Assembly (NCBI GenBank): GCA_937919725.1
Contig: CALFOS010000120.1
Location: 1-47,573 of the forward strand
Direction: 5' to 3'
Length of the DNA stretch: 47,573 bases
From: an uncultured Fluviicola sp.
GTDB lineage: Bacteria; Bacteroidota; Bacteroidia; Flavobacteriales_D; Crocinitomicaceae
Position 1 is the first letter of the stretch. Each line of letters starts with the position of its first letter. Positions 28,083-37,492 of the stretch are shown here, in pieces. Below the pieces are notes generated by a model that had not been told where the DNA came from, did not search any database, and saw nothing but the letters and a program-made list of their open reading frames with translations. A program made the position numbers and the translations under genes.

Positions 28083-30266
28083 ATGGCAGTAATGGATTTG
28101 AAAGATGCTCTTAAAACCTTTTTCGGTTTCGATAGCTTCAAAGGAAGTCAAGAGGAAATCATTCAAAACGTTTTGGATGGTAATAATACTTTTGTAATAA
28201 TGCCAACGGGAGGTGGGAAGTCGATGTGCTATCAACTCCCAGCAATAATTTCCGAAGGTACCGCGGTAATTGTTTCTCCGCTTATCGCTTTGATGAAAAA
28301 TCAAGTGGACGCAATGCGACATGTCTCAAATGATGATTCGATCGCGCATTTTCTCAATTCTTCGCTCACAAAATCGGATGCTACGCGCGTTCGAGAAGAT
28401 ATTGTGGCCGGTAAAACCAAACTGCTCTACGTAGCCCCAGAGTCACTTACCAAAAAAGAAAATATCGACTTTTTTACGTCAGTCAATATTTCCTTTTTCG
28501 CTATTGATGAGGCTCACTGTATTTCGGAATGGGGTCACGATTTCAGACCAGAGTACAGGCGACTGCGCGAAATTTTTGAAGAAATTTCTGACGTTCCTAT
28601 TATTGCACTCACGGCAACGGCAACGCCGAAGGTTCAAACGGACATTCAAAAAAACTTGAATATGGTGGATGCGAAGGTGTTTAAATCTTCCTTCAACCGA
28701 GAAAATTTATACTACGAAATCTTTCCTAAAAAAGACGTCGAAAAACAGATCATCCGATACATTCGCACCCAAGCAAGCAAAAGTGGTATCATTTATTGCT
28801 TGAGCAGAAAAAAAGTGGAAGAATTGGCCGAACTGCTGAAAGTAAACGGAATAAACGCTCTCCCTTACCATGCTGGACTTGATGCGACCACGCGTGCGCG
28901 TCACCAAGACATGTTTTTGATGGAGGACGTCGATGTGATAGTAGCAACCATCGCCTTTGGAATGGGAATTGATAAGCCCGATGTGCGTTTTGTGATTCAC
29001 CACGATATTCCAAAATCTCTTGAAAGCTACTACCAAGAAACAGGTCGAGCGGGTCGTGATGGGGGCGAAGGCGAGTGTGTGGCATTTTATCGCTACAAAG
29101 ACGTTGAAAAATTGGAGAAATTCCTCCAAGGAAAACCCATTGCAGAACAGGAAATTGGACGACAATTGCTGAATGAAATTGCATCGTATGCAGAAACTTC
29201 TGTGTGCCGACGGAAAATGATTCTCCATTACTTTGGTGAAACATACGACGCGGCTAGGTGCAACGAAATGTGCGACAACTGTAAACATCCGAAAGAGAAA
29301 CAAGAAGGGAAAGAATATGTTCTCAACTTACTCAAGGTTGTTCTAGAACTAAAAGAAACGCAGCGATCGAAGCACTACTGTTCATTCATGTCCGGAAAAG
29401 TGACCGCCGAAATCAAAGCATACAAACACGATTTGAGTCCATTTTTCGGAATTGGAAAAGAAAAAGATATTCATTTTTGGAACGCGGTAGTGAGACAAAC
29501 GGTTGTATCTGGACTCCTTTCGAAGGACATTGAATCCTATGGAACATTAAAAATGACGGATGAAGGTCGCGCCTTTATGGCGAATCCAACTTCGTTTGAA
29601 ATAAGTAAAGAGCACGATTACTTGGGCGATGACGATGTAGAGTTGTCGGATAATGGCGGTGGCAGAAATGCCGTGCTCGACCAAGATCTCTACGATCGAC
29701 TGATCGACCTTCGCAAGCGGATCTCGAAGGATAAAGGAATTCCACCCTTCGTGATTTTCCAAGATCCGTCGCTCCGCGATATGTGTTTCACCTATCCAAC
29801 CTCCATCGAAGAATTAACGAATATACAAGGTGTTGGAACGGGTAAAGCGACACGCTACGGTGCACCATTCGCGAAAATGATTAAAGATTACGTCGAAGAG
29901 CACGACATTGAACGTTTGCAAGACTTGGTGGTGAAATCTGTTGTGAACAAATCAGGAATGAAAGTGCAATTGATCCAAAACATCGACCGCAAACTTCCAT
30001 TAGAAGACATCGGCCGAGCTCAAGGAAAGAGTGTGGACGAAGTAATCGACGAAATAGAATCCATCGTTCAATCAGGGACACGTGTAAATATTAACTATTA
30101 CATCGACGATATACTTGACGAAGAAGTACAGGAAGAAATCTACGAATACTTCGCCGAAGCGGAAACCGATGATCTCGCCGCTGCTTACGAAGAATTTGAT
30201 GGCGATTACTCTGAAGAAGAACTCCGATTGATGCGCATTAAGTTCATGAGTGAAATGGCGAACTAA
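28083..30266 (+). CDS. recQ: ATP-dependent DNA helicase RecQ
   Basis: 727 aa with FGFDSFKGSQEEII, PTGGGKSMCYQLP, DEAHCISEWGHDFRPEY, a Zn-binding Cys cluster (CRRKMILHYFGE...CDNC), and RQC and HRDC regions. Confidence 0.95.
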   Translation: MAVMDLKDALKTFFGFDSFKGSQEEIIQNVLDGNNTFVIMPTGGGKSMCYQLPAIISEGTAVIVSPLIALMKNQVDAMRHVSNDDSIAHFLNSSLTKSDATRVREDIVAGKTKLLYVAPESLTKKENIDFFTSVNISFFAIDEAHCISEWGHDFRPEYRRLREIFEEISDVPIIALTATATPKVQTDIQKNLNMVDAKVFKSSFNRENLYYEIFPKKDVEKQIIRYIRTQASKSGIIYCLSRKKVEELAELLKVNGINALPYHAGLDATTRARHQDMFLMEDVDVIVATIAFGMGIDKPDVRFVIHHDIPKSLESYYQETGRAGRDGGEGECVAFYRYKDVEKLEKFLQGKPIAEQEIGRQLLNEIASYAETSVCRRKMILHYFGETYDAARCNEMCDNCKHPKEKQEGKEYVLNLLKVVLELKETQRSKHYCSFMSGKVTAEIKAYKHDLSPFFGIGKEKDIHFWNAVVRQTVVSGLLSKDIESYGTLKMTDEGRAFMANPTSFEISKEHDYLGDDDVELSDNGGGRNAVLDQDLYDRLIDLRKRISKDKGIPPFVIFQDPSLRDMCFTYPTSIEELTNIQGVGTGKATRYGAPFAKMIKDYVEEHDIERLQDLVVKSVVNKSGMKVQLIQNIDRKLPLEDIGRAQGKSVDEVIDEIESIVQSGTRVNINYYIDDILDEEVQEEIYEYFAEAETDDLAAAYEEFDGDYSEEELRLMRIKFMSEMAN

Positions 30267-30381
30267 AACTTCACTCTTTACTCAACGGGTGACATACTTT
30301 GCTCATTGAGGCTGAAATCTGCGGAACTTATTTGTACTCCCAAGTGTTTTTTACGTCTATTATAAAGACACCGATTTTTCA

Positions 30382-33300
30382 ATGCTCATGAAATTACTTC
30401 TTAGTTTAATTATATTTCTACTCGCTCTCACAAGTTTTGGTCAAGCGCCAACGGCAAATTTCACCGCTTCACCGCTGGTAGTTTGCATTGGCACACCCAT
30501 CAACTTTACGGATGCGTCTACAGCTGGCGGATCGCCAATTCTGAGTAGAACATGGGATTTTGGCGATGGAGGTTCTTCAACAGCACTCAACCCAACACAC
30601 ACCTACACCGCAGCGGGAACCTACACAGTAACACTTGTAGTAACCGACGGCAACGGGATCGCCGATCCTGAGGTGAAACCAGCTTACATTCTCGTGAATC
30701 CGCTTCCCACAGCGGGATATGCAACTTCCGGAAATGGATGCACTGTTCCTTTTGACGTTACGTTCACGAACACATCCGCAGCGGGTGGAAATATCTCTTT
30801 CGCATGGGATTTTGGAAACGGTCAAACATCCACATCCACTAATCCGCCAGCCGTAACGTACAATTCTGCTGGAACGTTTGCAGCATTCATCACCGTAACC
30901 AACTCTACAACAGGATGTGTGAATACCTTCACGAATAACATTGTGGTTTCCAACTTCGCCGCTGGTATGACTGCTCCTGCGAGTGCATGCGTCGGTGCGC
31001 CAGTCCCTATTTTGAACGCATCCACGGTTGGTGCTAACCAATGGAACTGGGATTTTGGGAATGGGCAAACTTCGACCAATCAAAACCCGACGGTTACTTA
31101 CACAACGGCTGGCACGTATACCATTTCACTCTTGGCACAAAACACAAGTTCTGGCTGTTCTAGCGTTGCTACGCAAACGATTACCATCAATTCCAATCCT
31201 GTGCCGTCATTCACGCCGAGTGTTACGACAGGTTGTGCTCCGCTGGTAGTCAATTTCACCAACAATTCCCCCGGTGGATCAAATTATACGTGGAACTTTG
31301 GAAACGGAACAGCAGGCTCTGGATTTAACCCTGGACAACAGACATACACGGCAAATGGAACGTATTCAGTTACAATGACCATGCTGAGTGCCGAGGAATG
31401 TCCGGGAACAGTTACCATGACGAACGTCATAACGGTAAGTGCGCCCATCATCAATTTTTCTATTGATCAATACCAAGGATGCGCGCCACTCACGGTACAA
31501 TTCGGAGATTTATCTACTACGCCCAATCCCGGTTCGGACCCAATCGTATCATGGATTTGGAATTTCGGCGATGGAACGGCACCTTTTTCTGGGCAAAATC
31601 CGCCTCCGCACACCTACTCTAACACGGGACAATACATCGTTTCGCTCATAGCAACCACCCAAACGGGCTGCCAAGAAGTGGCAACTTTTATTGACACCAT
31701 TCAGGTTGGCGCGCATTCCATTCCCGATTTCACGATTCAGCCACCCATCGATTGTGCAAAAAGCAACTTCAATTTCACCAATTTGACCACCTTTGTTGGT
31801 ACACCGAATCCGAATCACGTAGAATACTTCTGGGATTTTGGAGATGGAGGAACGAGCACCGATGAAAATCCGACGTATCAATATCCGCTCGACACCGGTT
31901 ACTTCGACGTACAATTGATCGTAAGCTGGAACGGATGTATGGACACGATCATCTATTCAGATATCGTGTACGTTAAAGCACCGATTTCTATCTTTACGCT
32001 CTCCAACTCCTTGTTTTGCAATCCTGCTTCGTTTCCAATTACCGTGGACGTTTCCGACATGGCGATTGTAGGAACAGTAGCCGACGATGTAGATATGACG
32101 TGGAATTGGGGCGATGGAACCTCCACCTTTTTCGATGATCCCGATATCGATGATTTCAATGCAGGATCGACCTCGCACAGCTATTCCGCATACGGAACTT
32201 ACGCGATTGAGCAAGTGGTTTTCAATCACACTACCGGTTGCGAAGACAGCACAACGCAGTACGTTCACATCACACAAACCTTGGCGAATTTCAACCTGTC
32301 GAACGATTCCGTATGCCGCGGATCAGCCGTTTCGCTTACAAACACCTCCACATCCACGCATCCATTCGGCACATATGCATACACAATGGGAAACGGAGCA
32401 AGTTTCAGCATTCCAAACGTCACGTACACGTATCCAAATGCCGGCGCTTACGACATTACACTCACCGCAACGAATTCAGTTGGATGCATAGGCACGTACA
32501 CCTTTGTTGGAATGGATATTTTGGCTCGACCCCTTGCTTCCATTGCTCCTTCGTCCGTTGCAGGTTGTGCACCAATCACTGTAACGTATAACAACAGTTC
32601 CACACCGGTGGATAATGGTGTGCCCATCGCGAGTTCTTTTTGGACCTTTCCAAATCTCACAACCCAAACGCTCCCGAATACCAATTCCACGAGCTATACC
32701 TACACGACTCAAGGGAATTTTCAAACTACTTTGGTCGTAACCGATCAGTTCGGCTGCATTTCGAATCCTGTTACGGCGAACATGACGCTCACCAAACCAA
32801 CGGCTGCCTTCACGCTCGATTCGGTGGTATGTGACGAAGAATCGTTTACCGCGTTAAATACAAGTACGAGTTCAACGAGTTATCAATGGTTTGTGGATGG
32901 ATCATCGGCTGCATTGACAGGAAATTTCAACTATTCCTTTGATGAAGCGAGTAGTTCGAACTACAACAATGTTCCGCATACGATTATGATGATTGCCACC
33001 GACCAAAACGGTTGTCAGGATACCATGACACAAGACGTGATTGTCTCCGTTCCGCACCTCAATTTGACCTATACCATCACTGGAGCGAACGTGAATGGGA
33101 ATGGCGATTATACATGTCCACCGGTATTTGCAAGCTTCACCGACAGTACCGATTCCTATGGCGCGATCACGTCGTGGGCATGGAGTTTCGGAGATGGTAA
33201 ATTTTCCTCGTTCCAAAATCCCAACAACACCTACGTATTTCCGGGGAGCTACACAGCGACCTTTTCCATTACCGACGAATTTGGCTGCACGACCGATACC

Positions 33301-34125
33301 GCACTCATTGATTACCTCACGATTTTCGGGCCAACAGGAATTCCATATTGGACGAGCATAGGCGATTTGTGCGGGCAAACCTTCATCTTTGATTCGGATA
33401 GTTTACAAAACGTCACGGATATAATGTGGACATTAGGCGATGGAAGCTTGATCAACAGCCTCTCCCCTTTTACATATGAGTATCAAGCCTTCCAAACATT
33501 CAATCCAACGGCGACTCTGTTTGACGGAAATGGCTGCGAAGTGATTCACGAATTACCACCGATCTTCGTGCTCAATAACGGTTTGAATGCTAATTTTGTT
33601 CCAGATCCATCGGAAGGTCAAATGGGCACGGTTTTCACGTTCAACGATCAATCTACTGTAACATCCGCGCCAATTAATACATGGACTTGGTACTTTGGAA
33701 ACGATACACTTGTCAATTTCAGCGGATCGCCAGTAAATTACAACTTCGGACCACCTGGCACCTACGAAATCACCTTGCTTGTTGCGGACACGAACGGATG
33801 TCACGATGATATTACACTCACTGTTACCGTAACCAACGAGTTTCACTTACCGAATGTATTCACGCCAAACGGTGATGGAATCAACGATTTTTTCGTGCTG
33901 AAAGAAAATGTTTTCAGGAGTTTCGAAGTGGTAATCGTAAATCGCTGGGGAAATGTGGTCCACCATCGAAAAGATGCCACTGGAATTTATTTGTGGGATG
34001 GAAAAACACAAGCCGGCGACCCAGTGAATGACGGCGTTTATTTTTACAGGGTATTTGGAACATTAACCGACGATTCGCTCGGCGAAAAGCATGGAAATGT
34101 GACGGTAATTAATAATAAACAGTAG
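30382..34125 (+). CDS. Large surface protein with about 13 PKD-like repeats and a T9SS type B (gliding-motility-associated) C-terminal sorting domain
   Basis: 1247 aa with a signal peptide. The W-x-FGDG/FGNG...NP...Y...G.Y.V.L motif recurs about 13 times. The C-terminus FHLPNVFTPNGDGINDFFVL...WDGKTQAGDPVNDGVYFY matches the type B CTD pattern. Confidence 0.85.
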   Translation: MLMKLLLSLIIFLLALTSFGQAPTANFTASPLVVCIGTPINFTDASTAGGSPILSRTWDFGDGGSSTALNPTHTYTAAGTYTVTLVVTDGNGIADPEVKPAYILVNPLPTAGYATSGNGCTVPFDVTFTNTSAAGGNISFAWDFGNGQTSTSTNPPAVTYNSAGTFAAFITVTNSTTGCVNTFTNNIVVSNFAAGMTAPASACVGAPVPILNASTVGANQWNWDFGNGQTSTNQNPTVTYTTAGTYTISLLAQNTSSGCSSVATQTITINSNPVPSFTPSVTTGCAPLVVNFTNNSPGGSNYTWNFGNGTAGSGFNPGQQTYTANGTYSVTMTMLSAEECPGTVTMTNVITVSAPIINFSIDQYQGCAPLTVQFGDLSTTPNPGSDPIVSWIWNFGDGTAPFSGQNPPPHTYSNTGQYIVSLIATTQTGCQEVATFIDTIQVGAHSIPDFTIQPPIDCAKSNFNFTNLTTFVGTPNPNHVEYFWDFGDGGTSTDENPTYQYPLDTGYFDVQLIVSWNGCMDTIIYSDIVYVKAPISIFTLSNSLFCNPASFPITVDVSDMAIVGTVADDVDMTWNWGDGTSTFFDDPDIDDFNAGSTSHSYSAYGTYAIEQVVFNHTTGCEDSTTQYVHITQTLANFNLSNDSVCRGSAVSLTNTSTSTHPFGTYAYTMGNGASFSIPNVTYTYPNAGAYDITLTATNSVGCIGTYTFVGMDILARPLASIAPSSVAGCAPITVTYNNSSTPVDNGVPIASSFWTFPNLTTQTLPNTNSTSYTYTTQGNFQTTLVVTDQFGCISNPVTANMTLTKPTAAFTLDSVVCDEESFTALNTSTSSTSYQWFVDGSSAALTGNFNYSFDEASSSNYNNVPHTIMMIATDQNGCQDTMTQDVIVSVPHLNLTYTITGANVNGNGDYTCPPVFASFTDSTDSYGAITSWAWSFGDGKFSSFQNPNNTYVFPGSYTATFSITDEFGCTTDTALIDYLTIFGPTGIPYWTSIGDLCGQTFIFDSDSLQNVTDIMWTLGDGSLINSLSPFTYEYQAFQTFNPTATLFDGNGCEVIHELPPIFVLNNGLNANFVPDPSEGQMGTVFTFNDQSTVTSAPINTWTWYFGNDTLVNFSGSPVNYNFGPPGTYEITLLVADTNGCHDDITLTVTVTNEFHLPNVFTPNGDGINDFFVLKENVFRSFEVVIVNRWGNVVHHRKDATGIYLWDGKTQAGDPVNDGVYFYRVFGTLTDDSLGEKHGNVTVINNKQ

Positions 34126-34253
34126 GTGAATATGGAATTGAACACGATCCAATTGTTCAGTATTGAGTGATAGATAGCTATCTTCGAGACCGTGAAGCAG
34201 AGCCGCAGATAGAACAGTCTTGGCAGAGAGCCGCACGTTACTCCACCCGTCCC

Positions 34254-34685
34254 CTATTTCTCAAACACAAAATGATGACTCCGCCCCAGCGTATCCGTGT
34301 AATATAACTCCATATCCGTTCGCGTGAGAAGCGTAACGCCATTCGTGATCCGAGCTTGCTCTGCTCCATTCACAATTGGAACAAAATAAAGTCGATCTCC
34401 GCTCTCGTTCATGCTGTATTTTCCTGATTCGTTTCTCGTGCCTGTGATCTGCGGACTCGCATACGTAAGTGAAATGCTGTACGCGCAAATGGAATCGTCA
34501 CAATTTTCGAAGAAGAGCGTGCCCGATGCTTCTGGAAAATAGCTGAGCCCTTGTTGATTTTTAAATTTGTATGAGGTGAGATTCCATGTGCCCGCCATAA
34601 ACTTTTGACGTTTCTCGTATTTGTCGCAGGACATAAAGCTTGCACTGCAAACCACGATTAGTAACGATATAAGCACTTTATTCAT
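34254..34685 (-). CDS. Hypothetical lipoprotein (lipocalin-like by resemblance)
   Basis: 143 aa with a lipobox (SASFMSC). GTWNLTSYKF-type strands resemble lipocalin-like lipoproteins. The start overlaps the upstream gene by 8 nt. Confidence 0.45.
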   Translation of the reverse strand: MNKVLISLLIVVCSASFMSCDKYEKRQKFMAGTWNLTSYKFKNQQGLSYFPEASGTLFFENCDDSICAYSISLTYASPQITGTRNESGKYSMNESGDRLYFVPIVNGAEQARITNGVTLLTRTDMELYYTDTLGRSHHFVFEK

Positions 34686-35304
34686 CGAAACCTATGATTA
34701 GTTTTTTGTCTGAACGGATCATTTGATGCAGTAGCGTACGCATATTCTTCTCCGTTTTTTGATCGAGTACCATGCGATTTGCGTTAGCTACAAGCTTCAC
34801 TTTCGCTTTGGTTTCTAGCGTTGTGCGTTCACGATCCGTCCATTTTCCTTGTTCTTGGAAGATTTCCGTTTTGGAGGGTGAAACGACCACGTCGAGCACT
34901 TTTGGTTTAGGGAGTTGAATGAAAATACTGTCTTCTGTTTGTCGAATTTTATAGTTCATTTCCGATAAATCGACGCCAAATCGCACTTCGCCCCGCACAA
35001 TCAACGTGAGCCGACGTTTGATGTTATCATTGAAATTTCTGTCGTAGATTTCTGTCGAATCGATCCAACTCCAAGCTGTTGTTCCTTTATAACGAATGAC
35101 TGAGTCCATTACCACTTCGTCTCGGTAGTTAACGGTACTAATTTCGGCAATTGCACGGATGGCTTCAATGTGAATCGGGGTTTTGTCGATGAGCAATTGG
35201 TCCTCCGGAGATTCTTTGAAGAACAACCAATAAATCAAATATCCGACTGCGCCGATGATGAGCAGCACCAACAAGTTTTTCAAAAAACGGGTGAGATCTT
35301 TCAT
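34678..35304 (-). CDS. Membrane-anchored DUF4230-like protein
   Basis: 208 aa with an N-terminal TM segment (LLVLLIIGAVGYLIYWLFF). It has an ISTVNY...VRFGVDLSEM...IQLPKPKV pattern, which I recognise as DUF4230-like. It shares these landmarks with the upstream gene product. Confidence 0.5.
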   Translation of the reverse strand: MKDLTRFLKNLLVLLIIGAVGYLIYWLFFKESPEDQLLIDKTPIHIEAIRAIAEISTVNYRDEVVMDSVIRYKGTTAWSWIDSTEIYDRNFNDNIKRRLTLIVRGEVRFGVDLSEMNYKIRQTEDSIFIQLPKPKVLDVVVSPSKTEIFQEQGKWTDRERTTLETKAKVKLVANANRMVLDQKTEKNMRTLLHQMIRSDKKLIIGFDE

Positions 35305-35873
35305 TTTATCTCCGCTTTACGGTGTTTCACAACTACTTTCTCGTATCCCATTTGTTTGTAGAAATCACGGAGAAAAACCGCCGCATTTTCCTCGGCATCT
35401 TGCAATATCTTAGTTTCCTTTATGTCATGACGGATGGACTTTTCCCCTTGGCGCATGAAGTCGTTTTTTTCTGCTTGAGTGAACGCTTGACGAAACCCAC
35501 TCACGCTTTCCATCTCTGTGTGCGTCAATTTTGGATCCATCGTAAATGTTGTAATTTCTGCTGGAGGAAGAAGTATCGTTAGTGTTGTTCCATTCAGAAC
35601 GATATCGCCATCACGCAGTTTTTTCAAATCGACCCCTGCTTTAATTTTCGCTTTGCAGCTAATTAGAATCTTTCGATCTCCAATTTTGTACCACTCCGGC
35701 ACATGGTCTAGTTTGATGATCTTTCCAATGGTATATTCGGAAGTAGAGAGCAAACCAATGTTCTTTACTTCATAAATTTCTGCCTTTGGCGGCTCTTTTG
35801 TGCCTTCACCGCAGGAAGAAATCAACACGGCAAGAAGTAATTTGATAAAAAAATGTACCTCATTTGACCACAA
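35301..35873 (-). CDS. DUF4230-like lipoprotein (paralogue of the downstream gene)
   Basis: 190 aa in the track frame, starting at TTG 35873, with a lipobox (LISSC). It has STSEYT...IKAGVDLKKL...ILLPPAEI landmarks parallel to the 34678-35304 product. See the finding on the out-of-frame ATG and T7 tract at its 5' end. Confidence 0.5.
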   Translation of the reverse strand: MWSNEVHFFIKLLLAVLISSCGEGTKEPPKAEIYEVKNIGLLSTSEYTIGKIIKLDHVPEWYKIGDRKILISCKAKIKAGVDLKKLRDGDIVLNGTTLTILLPPAEITTFTMDPKLTHTEMESVSGFRQAFTQAEKNDFMRQGEKSIRHDIKETKILQDAEENAAVFLRDFYKQMGYEKVVVKHRKAEIK

Positions 35874-35874
35874 A

Positions 35875-37065
35875 TTAAGAAAATGGAGCCAAAGCCATCA
35901 TTTGCATGCCAAATTTTAACGATTTTTGGTCAATGTCAAAACGCGGATGGTGAACACTAAACACAATTCCTTCGACTTCGTTTCGCACTCCGAGCCTAAA
36001 AAAACAAACGGGAACTTCTTGCGAATAGTAGGAGAAATCTTCAGCTGTTAGTCGAATTGGAAGTTCGTGCACCTGTTCTTCTCCCAGAAATGCTTTCGCG
36101 ATTTCGCGCATGCGTTGCGTTGTTTCGGGATCGTTCTCCAAATACGGATATCCTTTACTGATCGTCACATCTGCGGTGCCCCCACTCGCTTGTGCAATTG
36201 CTTCGGCAGTGAACTTGATCAACTCCAACGCTTCTGCCCGCCACGGTTCATTCATGGTTCGAAAAGTTCCTTTCAAATACGCCTTGGATGGAATAACGTT
36301 GGTAGCTCCCAAGGCTTCAAAATGTCCAAACGAGAGCACACATGGGATTTTCGGGTCGCATTTTCGACTGACGATTTGTTGGAGTGTTTGCAGTATGTTC
36401 ACACCAATCATAATCGGGTCGATACACTGATGTGGAGTTGCGCCATGTCCACCTTTGCCATTGATCGTAATGTAAATTTCGTCACACGATGCCATGTAAA
36501 TCCCTTCTTTGAAACCCACATTGCCCACTTCCATGTCCGGAAAAACGTGCAATGCCGCCATGCGTTCCACTTTTGGATTTTGAAGCACGCCGTCGCGGAT
36601 CATCAGCGTGGCACCTCCAGGGTTTTTCTCCTCACCTGGCTGAAAAATCAACTTGACGGGTTGAGGCAATTTATCTTTTAGTTCGAAGAGAATTTCTGCT
36701 GCGCCGAGGAGCACCGAAGTGTGTACATCGTGCCCGCAGGCATGCATGATTCCATCTTTCGTCGATTTATACGGCACTTCGTTTTCTTCTTGAATCGGCA
36801 AGGCATCCAAATCCGCTCTCAAACCAAAACACGGCATGTCCGGTGCATGATGCGATCCACGAATCAGCGCCACAATTCCCGTATCGCCCACACCAGTTGT
36901 GTGCTCGATTCCAATTTTTGTTAGGGCTTCCGAAACAAATTTCATTGTTTCATGTTCTTGATAAGACAGCTCCGGGTTGGCATGCAAGTGCTCACGGTAT
37001 CCGCGCACTTTATCAAAAAGTGCTGTGGATCGTTCGCGTATGTGGGATTCAATTTTAGGATTCAT
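35875..37065 (-). CDS. M20-family amidohydrolase (N-acyl-L-amino-acid amidohydrolase / hippurate hydrolase-like)
   Basis: 396 aa with ELSYQEHET, RADLDALP, HACGHDVH and the overall M20D layout. Confidence 0.8.
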   Translation of the reverse strand: MNPKIESHIRERSTALFDKVRGYREHLHANPELSYQEHETMKFVSEALTKIGIEHTTGVGDTGIVALIRGSHHAPDMPCFGLRADLDALPIQEENEVPYKSTKDGIMHACGHDVHTSVLLGAAEILFELKDKLPQPVKLIFQPGEEKNPGGATLMIRDGVLQNPKVERMAALHVFPDMEVGNVGFKEGIYMASCDEIYITINGKGGHGATPHQCIDPIMIGVNILQTLQQIVSRKCDPKIPCVLSFGHFEALGATNVIPSKAYLKGTFRTMNEPWRAEALELIKFTAEAIAQASGGTADVTISKGYPYLENDPETTQRMREIAKAFLGEEQVHELPIRLTAEDFSYYSQEVPVCFFRLGVRNEVEGIVFSVHHPRFDIDQKSLKFGMQMMALAPFS

Positions 37066-37477
37066 TTGACATCGTATTAATTCCAGAAACGATCAGTTTT
37101 ACGGAGATGATCGCCATGATAGCACCAAAAATTACGCGCACTAACGACGGCGAGATGCGCAGAGCTAACTTGGACCCAATAAATCCACCGATCACAAAGG
37201 CGAGGGAAATGACCAAGCCAAATTTCCAATTAATCTGATCGGATTTGTAGTAGTTGTGCACTGCCAACACTCCCACGGGCAGCAATAAAACGAATAAACT
37301 AGTTCCTTGTGCTTCGAGTTGCGACATCCCAAGCACATAAATCAGCGCCGGAACGATTATGATGCCACCACCAACGCCCACAAATCCGCTTAAAATTCCC
37401 GCGAGAATTCCGATCGTGACAAGTATCAGTATCGTTTGACTGTCCATCGTTTTTTTGTTAAAAGTAAGCATTTCCAT
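37055..37477 (-). CDS. Half-size (4-TM) TauE/SafE (TSUP) family membrane protein
   Basis: About 130-140 aa containing GILAGILSGFVGVGGGIIIVPALIYVLG, the TSUP signature. Only four hydrophobic segments are present. It overlaps the M20 gene start by 11 nt. Alternative ATG at 37447. Confidence 0.65.
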   Translation of the reverse strand: MEMLTFNKKTMDSQTILILVTIGILAGILSGFVGVGGGIIIVPALIYVLGMSQLEAQGTSLFVLLLPVGVLAVHNYYKSDQINWKFGLVISLAFVIGGFIGSKLALRISPSLVRVIFGAIMAIISVKLIVSGINTMSNES

Positions 37478-37492
37478 CTTTCTATTCCTCAG

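Noticed and set aside
30577-33846. Numerous 60-170-aa ORFs in other frames and strands inside the PKD-repeat gene.
   Set aside because: The 1247-aa frame has a clear repeated domain structure, a signal peptide and a sorting domain. The overlapping ORFs are Cys/Arg/Gly-rich frame artefacts of a Thr/Asn/Gly-rich gene.
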